Shown piece after piece: positions 16,533 through 27,807 of a stretch of DNA of 44,086 nucleotides (position 1 is its first letter; every line of letters begins with the position of its first letter). The position numbers and the translations under genes are program-made. A model generated the notes under the pieces. It was not told where the DNA came from. It worked only from the letters and a program-made list of their open reading frames with translations, and made no database searches. Source of the DNA: Actinomycetota bacterium (GTDB taxonomy: Bacteria > Actinomycetota > Actinomycetes > JBMOMH01); contig JBMOMH010000313.1 in assembly GCA_049323135.1 (NCBI GenBank), positions 1 through 44,086 of the forward strand, given 5' to 3'.

Positions 16533-18503
16533 TCAGCCGGCGCGGCGGGGGCGGCGGCCGCGGCGGGACCGCAGGTAGTCCGACACCACGTACTCGCCTA
16601 GCCGGTCCTGGTCCGGCAGGAACACCCGCCCCCCGTTGCGCCGCGCGATCTCCTCTGCGAACGCGGTGAGCCGGGGGTCGTCGTCGAGCTGGAAGACGTT
16701 GATGGTGGCGCCCCGCCGGGTAACCCGGTCGACCTCGGCCAGGGTCCGGGCCACGGTCTCCGGGGCCGGGGGCCAGTCGAAGAAGGCCTCCCCGTCGGGC
16801 AGCAGGTGCGCGGTCGGCTCGCCGTCGGTGACGACGAGCACCACCGGCTCGGCGCCGGGATGCCGGTCCAGGTGGCGGCCGGCGAGCAGCAGCGCGTGCT
16901 GCAGGTTCGTCCCCTGCACCAGGTCCCAGTCCAGCCCCACCAGGTCGGTCTCCCCGAGGACCCGGGCGTGCGAGGAGAACCCGATGACCTGGATGGCGTC
17001 CTGCGGGTAGCGGGTCGCCACCAGCGCGTGCAGGGCCAGCGCCGTGGACTTCGCGGCGCCCCAGGTGCCCCGCAGCACCATCGAGTAGGACAGGTCGACC
17101 AGCAGGCACACCGCGGCGCCGCTGCGCCGCTCGGTCTCCGCCACCTCGAAGTCGTCGACGGCCAGCCGCACCCGCCCGCCGGTCGGCCCGGTCCGTAGCA
17201 GCGCATTGCGCACGGTGCGGGCCACATCCAGCGGCTGCTCGTCGCCGAACTGCCAGGGCCGCGAGCCGCCGGTGAGCTCCCCGGCGGCCCCGCTGCGCGC
17301 CGCGTCGTGGTCGCCCCGCCCGGTGGCGTCCACCCGGGCGAAGATGCGGCGCAGCGCGGTGGCGCCGATGCGGCGTACCGCCTTCGGGGTGAGCTCCAGC
17401 TGCCCGTCCCGGCGGCTGAGGTAGCCCTGCGCCTGCAGCTCCCGCTCGATCCGCCGCAGCGCGGCCAGGTCGTCGACGGCCTGGCGCCCCAGCGCCCGGC
17501 GTACCGCCTCCTCGTCGACGTCGGCCAGGTCGGCGCCCGGGTAGTCCTGCCCGAGGGTGGCGTCCAGCGCGTCGAGGTCGGCCAGCTCCTCCAACGCGGT
17601 GGTCGCGTCCCCCAGGCCGAGGGGGTTCTCCCCGCCCAGCCGCCGGCGTCCGCCCCAGTCCAGGTCGCCGCGCCGGGCCCGCAGCGCGGCGGCCAGCCGG
17701 GCCATCTCCTCGGCCAGGCCGGTGCCCGCCATGGCCTGGGCGACCAGCCCGGCCAGCTCCTCCCGCTGCCCGGGGGACAGGGAGGCGAGCAGCCGGGACG
17801 CGGCGGCGGCCCGCCGGGCCAGGCTGTCCACCAGCTCCTCGAGCGTCGCCGGCTGCTCGGGGAAGAACTCCCCGTGCCGGCGCAGGAACTCGGCGAACTG
17901 CGCGCGGGTGTCCTCCCCGCGGTCGTCGGCCGCGAGCAGCGCGTTGAGGTCGGCCAGCATCTGCTGCAGCCGGCTGAAGGCCGCCGGGTCCTGCCCCCCC
18001 TGGCGCAGCGCGTCCCGCAGCCCGCGGAACTGGCTGTCGAGCACCTCCCGGCGCAGCAGGTCCCGGATCTCCTCGTACGACGCCCGCGCGTCGGCGGAGC
18101 GCCAGTCGTAGTCGGCCAGCTCGCGCACCGCCCGGGCGGTGTCGCCGGGCAGCGCATCCAGCTGGGCCTCGCGCAGCCGGGCGTCGTCGGACGGGTCGGG
18201 GAACAGGGTGGCCCGCTCCTGGCCCACCGCCCGGTCCAGCAGCGCGCGGACCTGCTCGAGCGTGCCGTCGAGGCGCCCGGCGCGGGTAAGCTCGCGGCAC
18301 CGGCGCCGGGCCTGGGCGCGCAGCGCGTCCAGGCCACGCAGCCCGGCCGCGCCGCGGCGCAGCAGCCCGCGCAGCGCCGCTGTGGGGTTGGTGCCGGCGA
18401 GCACCGCGTCGCCCAGCTCGTCCAGCGCCCGGCGCACGTCGTACGGCGGCGCCAGCGGGTCCGGCCCGTCGTGCCAGCTGCCGTACCGGTAGCCGCGCGC
18501 CAT
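16533..18503 (-). CDS. VWA domain protein (Rv0959-like)
   Basis: MIDAS DLSYSM, GTNLQHAL, VTDGEPTAH. N-terminal YRYGSWHDGPDPLAPP. Confidence 0.88.
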   Translation of the reverse strand: MARGYRYGSWHDGPDPLAPPYDVRRALDELGDAVLAGTNPTAALRGLLRRGAAGLRGLDALRAQARRRCRELTRAGRLDGTLEQVRALLDRAVGQERATLFPDPSDDARLREAQLDALPGDTARAVRELADYDWRSADARASYEEIRDLLRREVLDSQFRGLRDALRQGGQDPAAFSRLQQMLADLNALLAADDRGEDTRAQFAEFLRRHGEFFPEQPATLEELVDSLARRAAAASRLLASLSPGQREELAGLVAQAMAGTGLAEEMARLAAALRARRGDLDWGGRRRLGGENPLGLGDATTALEELADLDALDATLGQDYPGADLADVDEEAVRRALGRQAVDDLAALRRIERELQAQGYLSRRDGQLELTPKAVRRIGATALRRIFARVDATGRGDHDAARSGAAGELTGGSRPWQFGDEQPLDVARTVRNALLRTGPTGGRVRLAVDDFEVAETERRSGAAVCLLVDLSYSMVLRGTWGAAKSTALALHALVATRYPQDAIQVIGFSSHARVLGETDLVGLDWDLVQGTNLQHALLLAGRHLDRHPGAEPVVLVVTDGEPTAHLLPDGEAFFDWPPAPETVARTLAEVDRVTRRGATINVFQLDDDPRLTAFAEEIARRNGGRVFLPDQDRLGEYVVSDYLRSRRGRRPRRAG

Positions 18504-18505
18504 GC

Positions 18506-19918
18506 TCAGCCGCCGTACACGGTGCGGCCGTCGACCGCGTCCTTGGCGATGCGCCGCCCCAGCCACAGCCCTTCCAGGGCGAACTCCAGCGCCGCGGCCG
18601 CCAGGCCGGGGGTCTCGCCCTCCCCGTCGGCGTCCAGCCGGGCCATCAGCTGGGCCAGGCCGGGCACCGGCCCCACCCGGTGCAGTAGCTCCCCGGCGGG
18701 GACCAGCTCCCCGGTCTCCACGGTCGCCCCCTCGTCGAAGCGGGCGACCAGGCCGGACAGGTCGGCCCCGCCCAGCCGGCGGCGGAAGGTCTCGGCGGTG
18801 GCCCGGCGCAGCAGGTGGGTCAGCACCTCAGCCTCCCGGCCCTCCTCGCTGACCTCGAACTCCACCTTGCCGCGCAGCGTCTGCACCACCGCGGGCAGGT
18901 CGCAAACCCGGGCTACCGGGGGCTCCTCGCCGGTGAGCGCGGCGCGGCGCACCGCACCGGCGGCCACCGTCTCCGCGGCGGCGATGGCGAACCGGGCGGA
19001 CACGCCGGACCGGGTGTCCACGGCGGGGGACTCCCGAACCGCCCGGGTGAACCGGGCCAGCACCTCCAGCAGGTGGCCCGGCACCGTGGCGCCGGGCCCC
19101 CCGCCGTCTGCGGACCAGCGCAGGTGCGCCTCCTGGCGCAGCAGGTCCAGCTCGTCGTCGAGGGACACCGGGTAGTGGGTGCGGATCTCTGCGCCGAACC
19201 GGTCCTTCAGCGGGGTGATGATGCGGCCCCGGTTGGTGTAGTCCTCCGGGTTGGCGCTGGCCACCAGCAGCAGGTCCAGCGGCAGCCGCAGCGCGTACCC
19301 GCGGACCTGGATGTCGCGCTCCTCGAGCACGTTCAGCAGGGCCACTTGGATCCGCTCGGCCAGGTCGGGTAGCTCGTTCACCGCGAACACCCCGCGGTTG
19401 GTGCGGGGCACCAGGCCGTAGTGCACCGTCTCCGGGTCGCCCAGCGGGCGGCCTTCGGCGACCTTGACCGGGTCGACGTCGCCGACCAGGTCCCCGACGC
19501 TGGTGTCCGGGGTGGCCAGCTTCTCGCCGTACCGCTCCGAACGGTGCCGCCAGGCGACGGGCAGCTCCTCGCCCAGGTCCGCGGCCAGCCGCCGGCAGCG
19601 CACGCACACCGGCGCGTACGGGTGGTCGTTGACCTCGCAGCCGGCGACCACCGGGGTCCACTCGTCGAGCAGGTCGACCAGGGTGCGCATCAGCCGGGTC
19701 TTGCCCTGGCCGCGCTCGCCGAGCAGCACCAGGTCGTGCCCGGCGAGCAGGGCCCGTTCCAGATGGGGGAGGACGGTGTCGTCGAAGCCGACGATCCCCG
19801 GGAAGCGGGGGACGCCGGACCGGAGCCGGGCGAGCAGGTTGGCCCGGATCTCGGACTTGACGCTGCGGTGGGTGTGGCCGATGGCGCGGAGGGCGGCGAG
19901 GCTGGTGGGACGGGTCAC
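18506..19918 (-). CDS. Mg-chelatase-like AAA+ ATPase (Rv0958-like)
   Basis: Walker A GERGQGKT, VNELPDLAERIQV, SANPEDYTNRGRIITPLKDRFG. Paired with the VWA gene. Confidence 0.88.
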   Translation of the reverse strand: MTRPTSLAALRAIGHTHRSVKSEIRANLLARLRSGVPRFPGIVGFDDTVLPHLERALLAGHDLVLLGERGQGKTRLMRTLVDLLDEWTPVVAGCEVNDHPYAPVCVRCRRLAADLGEELPVAWRHRSERYGEKLATPDTSVGDLVGDVDPVKVAEGRPLGDPETVHYGLVPRTNRGVFAVNELPDLAERIQVALLNVLEERDIQVRGYALRLPLDLLLVASANPEDYTNRGRIITPLKDRFGAEIRTHYPVSLDDELDLLRQEAHLRWSADGGGPGATVPGHLLEVLARFTRAVRESPAVDTRSGVSARFAIAAAETVAAGAVRRAALTGEEPPVARVCDLPAVVQTLRGKVEFEVSEEGREAEVLTHLLRRATAETFRRRLGGADLSGLVARFDEGATVETGELVPAGELLHRVGPVPGLAQLMARLDADGEGETPGLAAAALEFALEGLWLGRRIAKDAVDGRTVYGG

Positions 19919-19990
19919 CCGTCGACCGTACGTCGCCGGCCGGGCCGCTGCCCAGGCGCCCGGCTGGGATAGTGCCCGGTCGGGCGCAGC

Positions 19991-20983
19991 ATGATGGGCC
20001 CGGATGCCGTCGACCCCCGGGAGGCCTGGGTGCCGGAGCAGCGGGCCGTCCTGGCGCTCGACCTGGGCGGCAACACGTTCGCTGGGGCGGTTGTCGACCA
20101 GGGCGGTCGGATCCTCGAGTCCGCCCGCGTCCGGGTCCCGCCCGGCGGGGACGCGGAGACGCTGTGGTGGGCCCTGGACGACCTGGTCGGACGGCTGGTG
20201 GACCGATCCCCGGGGCGGTACGCCGGGGTGGGCGTCGGCTGCAGCGGGCCGATGCGGTGGCCAGCGGGGGAGGTGTCCCCGGTCAACGTGCCCGGCTGGC
20301 GGGGCTTCCCGCTGGCCCAGCGGCTGGCCCAGCGCCTGGACTCCCGGCTGGCCGGCGAGGTCGTGCGGGTGCACAACGACGCGGTCTGCGCGGCCGTCGG
20401 CGAGCACTGGCGGGGCGCCGGGCGCGGCACGTCGAGCCTGCTCGGCGTGGTGGTGTCCACCGGTGTGGGCGGCGGCCTGGTCCTCGACGGCCGGCTGGTC
20501 GACGGACCGAGTGGCAACGCCGGGCATATCGGCCACGTCGTGGTCGACCCGGACGGGGAGCCCTGCGGGTGCGGGGGCATCGGCTGCCTGGAGACGGTGG
20601 CCAGCGGCCCCGGGCTGGTCCGGTGGGCCACCGCGCAGGGCTGGCGGCACCCCGGCGGCGACGCCCGTCACCTGGCCCTGGACGCCGAGCGGGGGCATCC
20701 GGTGGCCCAGCGCGCCCTGGCCCGCGCCGGGCGGGCGCTGGGCACGGCCATCGCGTCGGCGACGCACCTGTGCGACCTGCAGGTGGTGACCGTGGGCGGG
20801 GGGGTGGCGCAGGCGGGGCCGCTGCTGCTGGGTCCGGTGGAGGAGGCGGTACGCCGGCACGCCCGGCTGGCGTTCGCCCGGGACGTGCGGGTGGTACCTG
20901 CGGCGCTGGGCATGGACGCCGGCCTGGTGGGTGCCGCCGCCCTGGTCCTCGCCGGCGGCCGCTACTGGTCGCCGGCCCGCTGA
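19991..20983 (+). CDS. ROK family sugar kinase/regulator
   Basis: ALDLGG, HNDA, STGVGGG, GHIGH, CGCGGIGCLE. Confidence 0.9.
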   Translation: MMGPDAVDPREAWVPEQRAVLALDLGGNTFAGAVVDQGGRILESARVRVPPGGDAETLWWALDDLVGRLVDRSPGRYAGVGVGCSGPMRWPAGEVSPVNVPGWRGFPLAQRLAQRLDSRLAGEVVRVHNDAVCAAVGEHWRGAGRGTSSLLGVVVSTGVGGGLVLDGRLVDGPSGNAGHIGHVVVDPDGEPCGCGGIGCLETVASGPGLVRWATAQGWRHPGGDARHLALDAERGHPVAQRALARAGRALGTAIASATHLCDLQVVTVGGGVAQAGPLLLGPVEEAVRRHARLAFARDVRVVPAALGMDAGLVGAAALVLAGGRYWSPAR

Positions 20984-21096
20984 GTGGGCCTACCGGGGGC
21001 GGGGCCGGCGATCTTCGCCAGGGCCGCGTCGACGGTGGCGCCGCCTGGGCGACCGCCCGGGAAGCATACGGGCGGGTGATCGTCTGACCGGCTCCT

Positions 21097-22680
21097 TTAG
21101 CCTTCCATGAACAGCGCCTCGGCCTCCTCTGGTGCGGTGGACGCCGCCTCCCGCTCCCGGCCGCGGAGCCGGATCTCGGGCAGGAACAGGGTCAGCACGA
21201 AGGCCACCACGGTGAACGGGATGGCGGCGAGGAACACCACGTGCAGGGCCCGGACGAAGGAGTCGACGACGGCCTCCCGGACCGGTGCCGGCAGCTGGGC
21301 GATCTGCGCCGGGCTGCCGAGCAGCGAGCCGCCCCGGGGGGCGCCGCCTCCCCCTGCGGGCAGGCGCTGGGCCAGGTAGGCCTGCACCCGGTCGTTGAGG
21401 ATCGCGCCGAACACCGCGGTACCGAAGGCGCCGCCCATGGAGCGGAAGAACGTCGACGCGGAGGTGGCGGTGCCCATGTCCCGGCGGTCCACCGCGTTCT
21501 GCACGGCGAGCACGAACACCTGCATGACCAGCCCGAGCCCGACACCCAGGACGAACATGAACAGGCTGGCCAGCCACGCCGAGGTGGCTCGGTCCAGGTG
21601 GGACAGCAGCCACATCCCCACCGTCATCACCGCGGTACCGACGACGGGGAACACCTTGTACCGGCCCAGCCGGCTGATCAGGCGCCCAGAGGTGATGGAC
21701 GCGCCCAGGATGCCGACCATGAGCGGCAGCAGCCGCAGCCCGGACACGGTGGGCGACACGCCGTCGACCACCTGCAGGTAGATCGGCAGGTAGATGATCG
21801 CACCGAACATGGCCAGGCCGACGATGAAGCTGGCCGCGCCGGACACGGTGAACACCCGGTTCCGGAACAGCCGCGGCGGCATGATCGGCTCCCCGGTCCT
21901 CGACTCCCACCAGGCGAACAGGGCCAGGGCGACCAGGCCGACGGCGCCCAGCCCGAGGACCGAGCCGGAGGTCCAGCCCCAGCTCTGGCCGTTCACGGTG
22001 ACCAGCAGCAGGGCGCTCACCGCGGCCACCAGCAGCGCCGCCCCGGTGTAGTCCACCCGGTGCTCGTGCCGCTGGAACGGGAAGCGCAGCGCGACGGTGG
22101 TGACGGCCAGCGCCAGGATGCCCAGCGGCAGGTTGATGTAGAACACCCAGCGCCAGGACAGGTGGTCCACGAAGAAGCCCCCGAGCAGTGGCCCGGCGAC
22201 GCTGGACACGGCGAACACGGCGCCGAAGTAGCCCTGGTAGCGGCCCCGCTCCCGGGGCGGGATGACGTCGCCGATGATCGCCAGGGCCAGGGCCATCAGG
22301 CCCCCCGCGCCCAGTCCCTGCAGGGCGCGGGTGCCGACCAGCTGCCACATGGTCTGCGAGGCCCCGGCGAGGGCGGAGCCGACGAGGAAGACGACGATGG
22401 CGAACTGGAAGACCTGCTTGCGTCCGTACAGGTCGGAGATTTTCCCGTACAGCGGGGTGGAGGCCGTCGAGGTCAGCAGGTAGGCGGTGACCACCCAAGA
22501 GTAGTGGTCCAGCCCGCCGAGCTCCCCGACGATGGTCGGCAGGGCGGTGCCGACGATGGTCTGGTCCAGCGCGGCCAGCAGCATGCCGAGCATCAGCCCG
22601 CCGAGCACCACCAGGATCTGGCGGTGGCTCATGGTGGGCGTCAACGCGCCCGTGCGGGCGTCGGCCGGGCCGGGGGTCAT
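21097..22680 (-). CDS. MFS drug efflux transporter, DHA2 (EmrB/QacA) family
   Basis: LDQTIVGTALP, GKISDLYGRK, WRWVFYINLPLG, about 14 TM helices. Confidence 0.93.
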   Translation of the reverse strand: MTPGPADARTGALTPTMSHRQILVVLGGLMLGMLLAALDQTIVGTALPTIVGELGGLDHYSWVVTAYLLTSTASTPLYGKISDLYGRKQVFQFAIVVFLVGSALAGASQTMWQLVGTRALQGLGAGGLMALALAIIGDVIPPRERGRYQGYFGAVFAVSSVAGPLLGGFFVDHLSWRWVFYINLPLGILALAVTTVALRFPFQRHEHRVDYTGAALLVAAVSALLLVTVNGQSWGWTSGSVLGLGAVGLVALALFAWWESRTGEPIMPPRLFRNRVFTVSGAASFIVGLAMFGAIIYLPIYLQVVDGVSPTVSGLRLLPLMVGILGASITSGRLISRLGRYKVFPVVGTAVMTVGMWLLSHLDRATSAWLASLFMFVLGVGLGLVMQVFVLAVQNAVDRRDMGTATSASTFFRSMGGAFGTAVFGAILNDRVQAYLAQRLPAGGGGAPRGGSLLGSPAQIAQLPAPVREAVVDSFVRALHVVFLAAIPFTVVAFVLTLFLPEIRLRGREREAASTAPEEAEALFMEG

Positions 22681-23168
22681 CGGGTCTCCTCGGGAGTGGT
22701 CGTGGCGTCCAGGTCGGCGGCCAGCCGGTGGAGCAGGGCGGTGAGCCGGTCGAGGTCCTGCCCCGACCAGTGGGCGAGATGCGCGGCGAAGGCGGCCGCC
22801 CGGCGCGCCTGCGCGGCGTCCAGCGCGGCGCGGCCGCTGGGGGTCAGCGCCAGTACGGCGGCCCGCCGGTCGGCCGGGTCCTCGCCCCGGGCGACGTACC
22901 CCCGTTCGGCCAGCGTGCGGACGTGCCGGCTCACCGTGGACAGGTCCAGCCCGCACCGGCCGGCCAGGTCGGAGATGCGCAGCGGGGCGTCCGGCGTCAC
23001 CAGGTGGCCCAGCAGGTACAGCCCGGCCTGGTCGGCGGGGTCGCCGCCGCCTAGGTGCTTGGCCCGGTGGGCCACCGCGTAGAGGGCCGCGACGAGCTCC
23101 CGCGTCCGTGCGGTCAGGTCGGCGGGGGAGACGGGGGAGTCGGCGGGGGAATCGGTTGCTTGCACCAT
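22677..23168 (-). CDS. MarR family regulator
   Basis: RISDLA...LDLSTVSRHV, DPADRRA, LTPSG. ATGA overlap with the MFS gene. Confidence 0.88.
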   Translation of the reverse strand: MVQATDSPADSPVSPADLTARTRELVAALYAVAHRAKHLGGGDPADQAGLYLLGHLVTPDAPLRISDLAGRCGLDLSTVSRHVRTLAERGYVARGEDPADRRAAVLALTPSGRAALDAAQARRAAAFAAHLAHWSGQDLDRLTALLHRLAADLDATTTPEETR

Positions 23169-23174
23169 GCAACC
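23154..23174. promoter_or_regulatory. Putative MarR operator over the marR start codon
   Basis: Inverted repeats GGTTGC-N9-GCAACC and TTGCA-CCA-TGCAA. Confidence 0.5.
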
Positions 23175-23238
23175 ATAAACCTTGCCGGTGCCGCCCACAT
23201 TCCCGGCCCCGCCGGGAGGGCAGTGGGATGCTGGCCGC

Positions 23239-24459
23239 ATGACGACGGCGGCCCTGCCGGTGGACGTGGCGGCGGTGCACGCCGCCCGGGACCTGCTCCG
23301 TGACGTGGTGCGCACCACGCCCCTGGAGGGGTCCCGCTGGCTGGCCGAGCGGGTCGGCGGGCCGGTGTTCCTCAAGTGCGAGAACCTGCAGCGCGCCGGC
23401 TCCTTCAAGATCCGGGGGGCGTACGTGCGGCTCGCCGGGCTCACCGCGGAGGAGCGGGCCCGCGGCGTGGTCGCGGCGAGCGCCGGCAACCACGCGCAAG
23501 GGGTGGCCCTGGCCGCACGGCTGCTCGGGATCCGGGCCACCGTGCTGATGCCCCAGGGGGCCCCGCTGCCCAAGGTCGCCGCCACCGAGGCGTACGGGGC
23601 CGAGGTGCGCTTCAGCGGGCACACCGTCGACGAGGCGCTGGCGGCGGCGCTGGACCACGCCGTGGCGACCGGCGCGGTGCTCGTGCATCCTTTCGACCAC
23701 CCGGCGGTTGTGGCGGGGCAGGGCACCGTCGGCCTGGAGATCCTCGAGCAGTGCCCGGACGTGCGCACCGTGCTGGTCTGCACCGGCGGCGGGGGGCTGG
23801 TCGGCGGGATCGCCCTGGCCGTCAAGGCCGCCCGGCCCGACATCCGGGTCGTCGGGGTGCAGGCCGAGGCCGCGGCGGCGTACCCGCCGTCGCTGGCCGT
23901 GGGCCACCCGGTCACCCTGGAGTCGATGGCCACCATGGCCGACGGCATCGCGGTCGGCCGGCCCGGGGACCTGACCTTCGCGCTGGTCAGCGCCCTGGTC
24001 GACGAGGTGGTTACCGTCGGCGAGGAGTCGCTGTCCCGGGCGCTACTGCTCTGCCTGGAGCGGGCCAAGCTGGTGGTGGAGCCGGCGGGGGTGGCCGCCG
24101 TCGCTGCGCTGCTGGACGCGCCGCGGGCCTACGAGCCCCCCGTGGTCGTGGTGCTCTCCGGCGGGAACGTCGACCCGCTGCTGCTGTTGCGGCTGTTGCG
24201 CCACGGGATGGCCGCGGCGGGCCGCTACCTGGCGTTCCGGGTTCGGCTGCCCGACCGACCCGGGGCCCTGGTGCGGCTGCTCGCGGCGGTCGCCGAGGTG
24301 GAGGCCAACGTCGTCGACGTCGAGCACGTCCGCACCGACCCGCGGCTGCACGTGGACGAGGTGGAGGTCGCCCTGCAGGTGGAGACCCGGGGCCCCCGAC
24401 ACTGCGACGAGGTGCTCGCCGCCCTGCGGGCCGCCGGGCACCGGGTCCTGTTCGGCTGA
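23239..24459 (+). CDS. ilvA: Threonine ammonia-lyase with ACT domain
   Basis: KCENLQRAGSFKIRGA, ASAGNHAQG, GGGGL, SGGN, C-terminal LPDRPG. Confidence 0.94.
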   Translation: MTTAALPVDVAAVHAARDLLRDVVRTTPLEGSRWLAERVGGPVFLKCENLQRAGSFKIRGAYVRLAGLTAEERARGVVAASAGNHAQGVALAARLLGIRATVLMPQGAPLPKVAATEAYGAEVRFSGHTVDEALAAALDHAVATGAVLVHPFDHPAVVAGQGTVGLEILEQCPDVRTVLVCTGGGGLVGGIALAVKAARPDIRVVGVQAEAAAAYPPSLAVGHPVTLESMATMADGIAVGRPGDLTFALVSALVDEVVTVGEESLSRALLLCLERAKLVVEPAGVAAVAALLDAPRAYEPPVVVVLSGGNVDPLLLLRLLRHGMAAAGRYLAFRVRLPDRPGALVRLLAAVAEVEANVVDVEHVRTDPRLHVDEVEVALQVETRGPRHCDEVLAALRAAGHRVLFG

Positions 24460-24544
24460 CGCCGGCGCCAGTCATCTTTCGGCAAAGGATCTTCCTCCCT
24501 CGCCGGCGGCCTGCCACCGTGACATCAGGACCAGGGAGGCACTC

Positions 24545-25105
24545 ATGTGGCGCCGCTGGGTGGCAGCGACGGCCGTCCTGGCCGTGATCGCCGTTGGCGG
24601 GGTGCTGGCTGCCTCAGGCGGTGCCGGGGCCTCCGGCGGCGCCCTGCCCCCAGCCGAGCAGGTCCTGGCGGCCAAGGCCCAGCAGGACGCGGCGCACGGC
24701 GCCTGGGTGGCACAGAATGCGGTCCCCTGGCGGGCGCCGAAGACCGGACCAGCCGCCCCGACCTCGTGTCCGGTCGCGCTGCCCCAGCCAACCGTGCACC
24801 CCCCGATGGTGGGCGGGCATGACGGGCTGGCCACCCGGCTCAGCCAGGGCGCCACCAGCGCGGCCGGCGTCGCCTACTACTTCACCTCCGGGTTCGCCGC
24901 CCGCGCGCCCGGCACTGGGGCCCTCTTCGTGCTCCGGGACGGACCCGACCCCTGCCGGGGCCTGGGCTCGCAGACCCGCTTCTACACCGTGCCCGGTGGG
25001 CACGGCGCGGTTAGCGTGCTGCAGGTGACCGGAACGGTCCTGGTCCTGCGCAGCGCCGACGGGTCGTCCCAGACGTTGGACCTCGCCACCGGCGTCATCC
25101 GCTGA
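24545..25105 (+). CDS. Secreted hypothetical protein
   Basis: GGGAGG RBS, signal peptide ending AGA, two Cys, beta-rich C-terminus. Confidence 0.65.
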   Translation: MWRRWVAATAVLAVIAVGGVLAASGGAGASGGALPPAEQVLAAKAQQDAAHGAWVAQNAVPWRAPKTGPAAPTSCPVALPQPTVHPPMVGGHDGLATRLSQGATSAAGVAYYFTSGFAARAPGTGALFVLRDGPDPCRGLGSQTRFYTVPGGHGAVSVLQVTGTVLVLRSADGSSQTLDLATGVIR

Positions 25106-25115
25106 GCCGGGGGGA

Positions 25116-25811
25116 GTGATGCCCCTCGGCAGGGCCCGCCGGCTCGTGGTGGTTGCCGTGGTCCTGACCGCCTGTACGGCGACCGGCCCGTCGCCGGGGG
25201 GGACGGCTGGCCCCATCCCCAGCGGGTCACCGGTCCGGCCGTCGGCCACCCCGAGTGCCCGGGTCGACCTGTACCTGTTCGACGCCACCCAGGGCAGTGT
25301 CCTGCGGCCCTTCGACCCCCGCCCGCCCTGCTCGCTCTTCGACCGGTCCGGCACCGTCACCGCCTGCGGCCAAGCCGTGGGGAGCCAGGCCGCGGACATC
25401 GCCGAGTGGGCCGTCCAGCAGCATCCCGGCTCCGGGCCCACGGTGGACATCTGGCTGTCCGCCGGCGGCCGGTGGGCCCTCGGCTCGACCTCCGACGGCG
25501 TCGCCGTCGACGGCGTCGGTGCCGCGACGGCCGGACAGCCGGGGGAGGGACAGGTCATCGTGGTGGGGTTCCACGTGGGCAGCCAGTTGCGCCTGGACCT
25601 GGTCACCGGGCAGGGCCGCACGTCGTACCGGCGCACCTTCGACCGAGCGGTGGTCACCGTGGACGCGGCGGCCGGCGTGGCCGTCTACGAGCCGGCGGCG
25701 GATGGCACGGTCCGCCGGACCGAGCTGTCCTCGGCACCCGGCACGTCCTGGCGGCGGGTGCAGGAGACGGTAACCACCGCGTCGGCGATGCCCCTGGTGG
25801 GGGACGTGTAG
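25116..25811 (+). CDS. Hypothetical lipoprotein
   Basis: RARR + hydrophobic + LTAC lipobox, Pro/Ser linker. Starts about 10 nt after the previous gene. Confidence 0.65.
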   Translation: MMPLGRARRLVVVAVVLTACTATGPSPGGTAGPIPSGSPVRPSATPSARVDLYLFDATQGSVLRPFDPRPPCSLFDRSGTVTACGQAVGSQAADIAEWAVQQHPGSGPTVDIWLSAGGRWALGSTSDGVAVDGVGAATAGQPGEGQVIVVGFHVGSQLRLDLVTGQGRTSYRRTFDRAVVTVDAAAGVAVYEPAADGTVRRTELSSAPGTSWRRVQETVTTASAMPLVGDV

Positions 25812-25903
25812 GCCGGGGAAACCCGGGTGCGCGGGCCGACCCGGGCCCGTACCCTTCCCCAGGGCGGTGCGGGCCGCCCAGGGAGGGTCCAGAGGAGGTC
25901 AGG

Positions 25904-26895
<992 letters not shown>

Positions 26896-26899
<4 letters not shown>

Positions 26900-27723
26900 G
26901 CCAGGCGACGGCGGCCGGCACCGGCCTGCGCGGCGCGGTCTCCGACGCGGTGGTGATGACCTGGCGGCAGCTGCTGCAGACCGTTCGGGTGCCCGAGCTG
27001 CTGTTCTTCGCCACCATCCAGCCGATCATGTTCGTGCTGCTGTTCGCCTACGTCTTCGGTGGCGCGATCCCCGTCCCCGGCGGCAGCTACCGGGAGTACC
27101 TGATGGCCGGGATCTTCACCCAGACGGTGGCGTTCACCACCGGCGCCACCGCGGTGGGGCTGGCCACCGACCTGTCCAAGGGCCTGGTCGACCGGTTCCG
27201 CTCCCTGCCCATGGCCCGCTCCGCGGTCCTCTTCGGCCGGACCCTCGGCGACTCCTCCCGCAACCTGCTGGTCGTCGTGGTGATGCTGAGCACCGGCCTG
27301 CTCGTCGGCTGGCGGATCCACCGCGGCCTGCTGCTCGCGCTGGCCGGGTTCGCGCTGATCCTGCTGTTCGGCTACGCGATGAGCTGGGTGGGGGCGTACA
27401 TCGGGCTGCTGGTGCGCACCCCGGAGACGGCCAACACGGCCGGGTTCGTCTGGCTGTTCCCGCTGACGTTCCTGTCCAACGCCTTCGTGCCGCTAGCCGG
27501 GCTGCCGACCTGGCTCCGGCACGCCGCGGAGTGGAACCCGGTCAGCGCGACCGTCGCCGCCGCCCGTGCCCTGTTCGGCAACCCCAACCCGCTGGCCGGC
27601 CCGTCCGGCGCGGTGCCGTTCCCGCTGGCCCACCCGGTGCTGGTGTCGCTGGGCTGGTCCCTGCTCGTGCTGGCGGTGTTCGTCCCGCTGGCGGTACGCC
27701 GCTACCGGGCGGCGGCGAACTAG
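26896..27723 (+). CDS. ABC-2 permease (DrrB-like)
   Basis: QPIMFVLLFAYVFGGAI, DRFRSLPM, FLSNAFVP, WNPVS. Confidence 0.93.
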
Positions 27724-27757
27724 CCGCGAACGAGCCCGGACGGACCGAGGGCCCGCC

Positions 27758-27807
27758 GCGGAGCGGTCAGCCGGCGTACGGGGCGGAGCCGTCAGCCGGC
27801 GTACGGG
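27758..27807. repeat. 25-bp tandem duplication including the greA stop codon
   Basis: GCGGAGC(G/C)GTCAGCCGGCGTACGGG twice, one mismatch. Confidence 0.85.
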
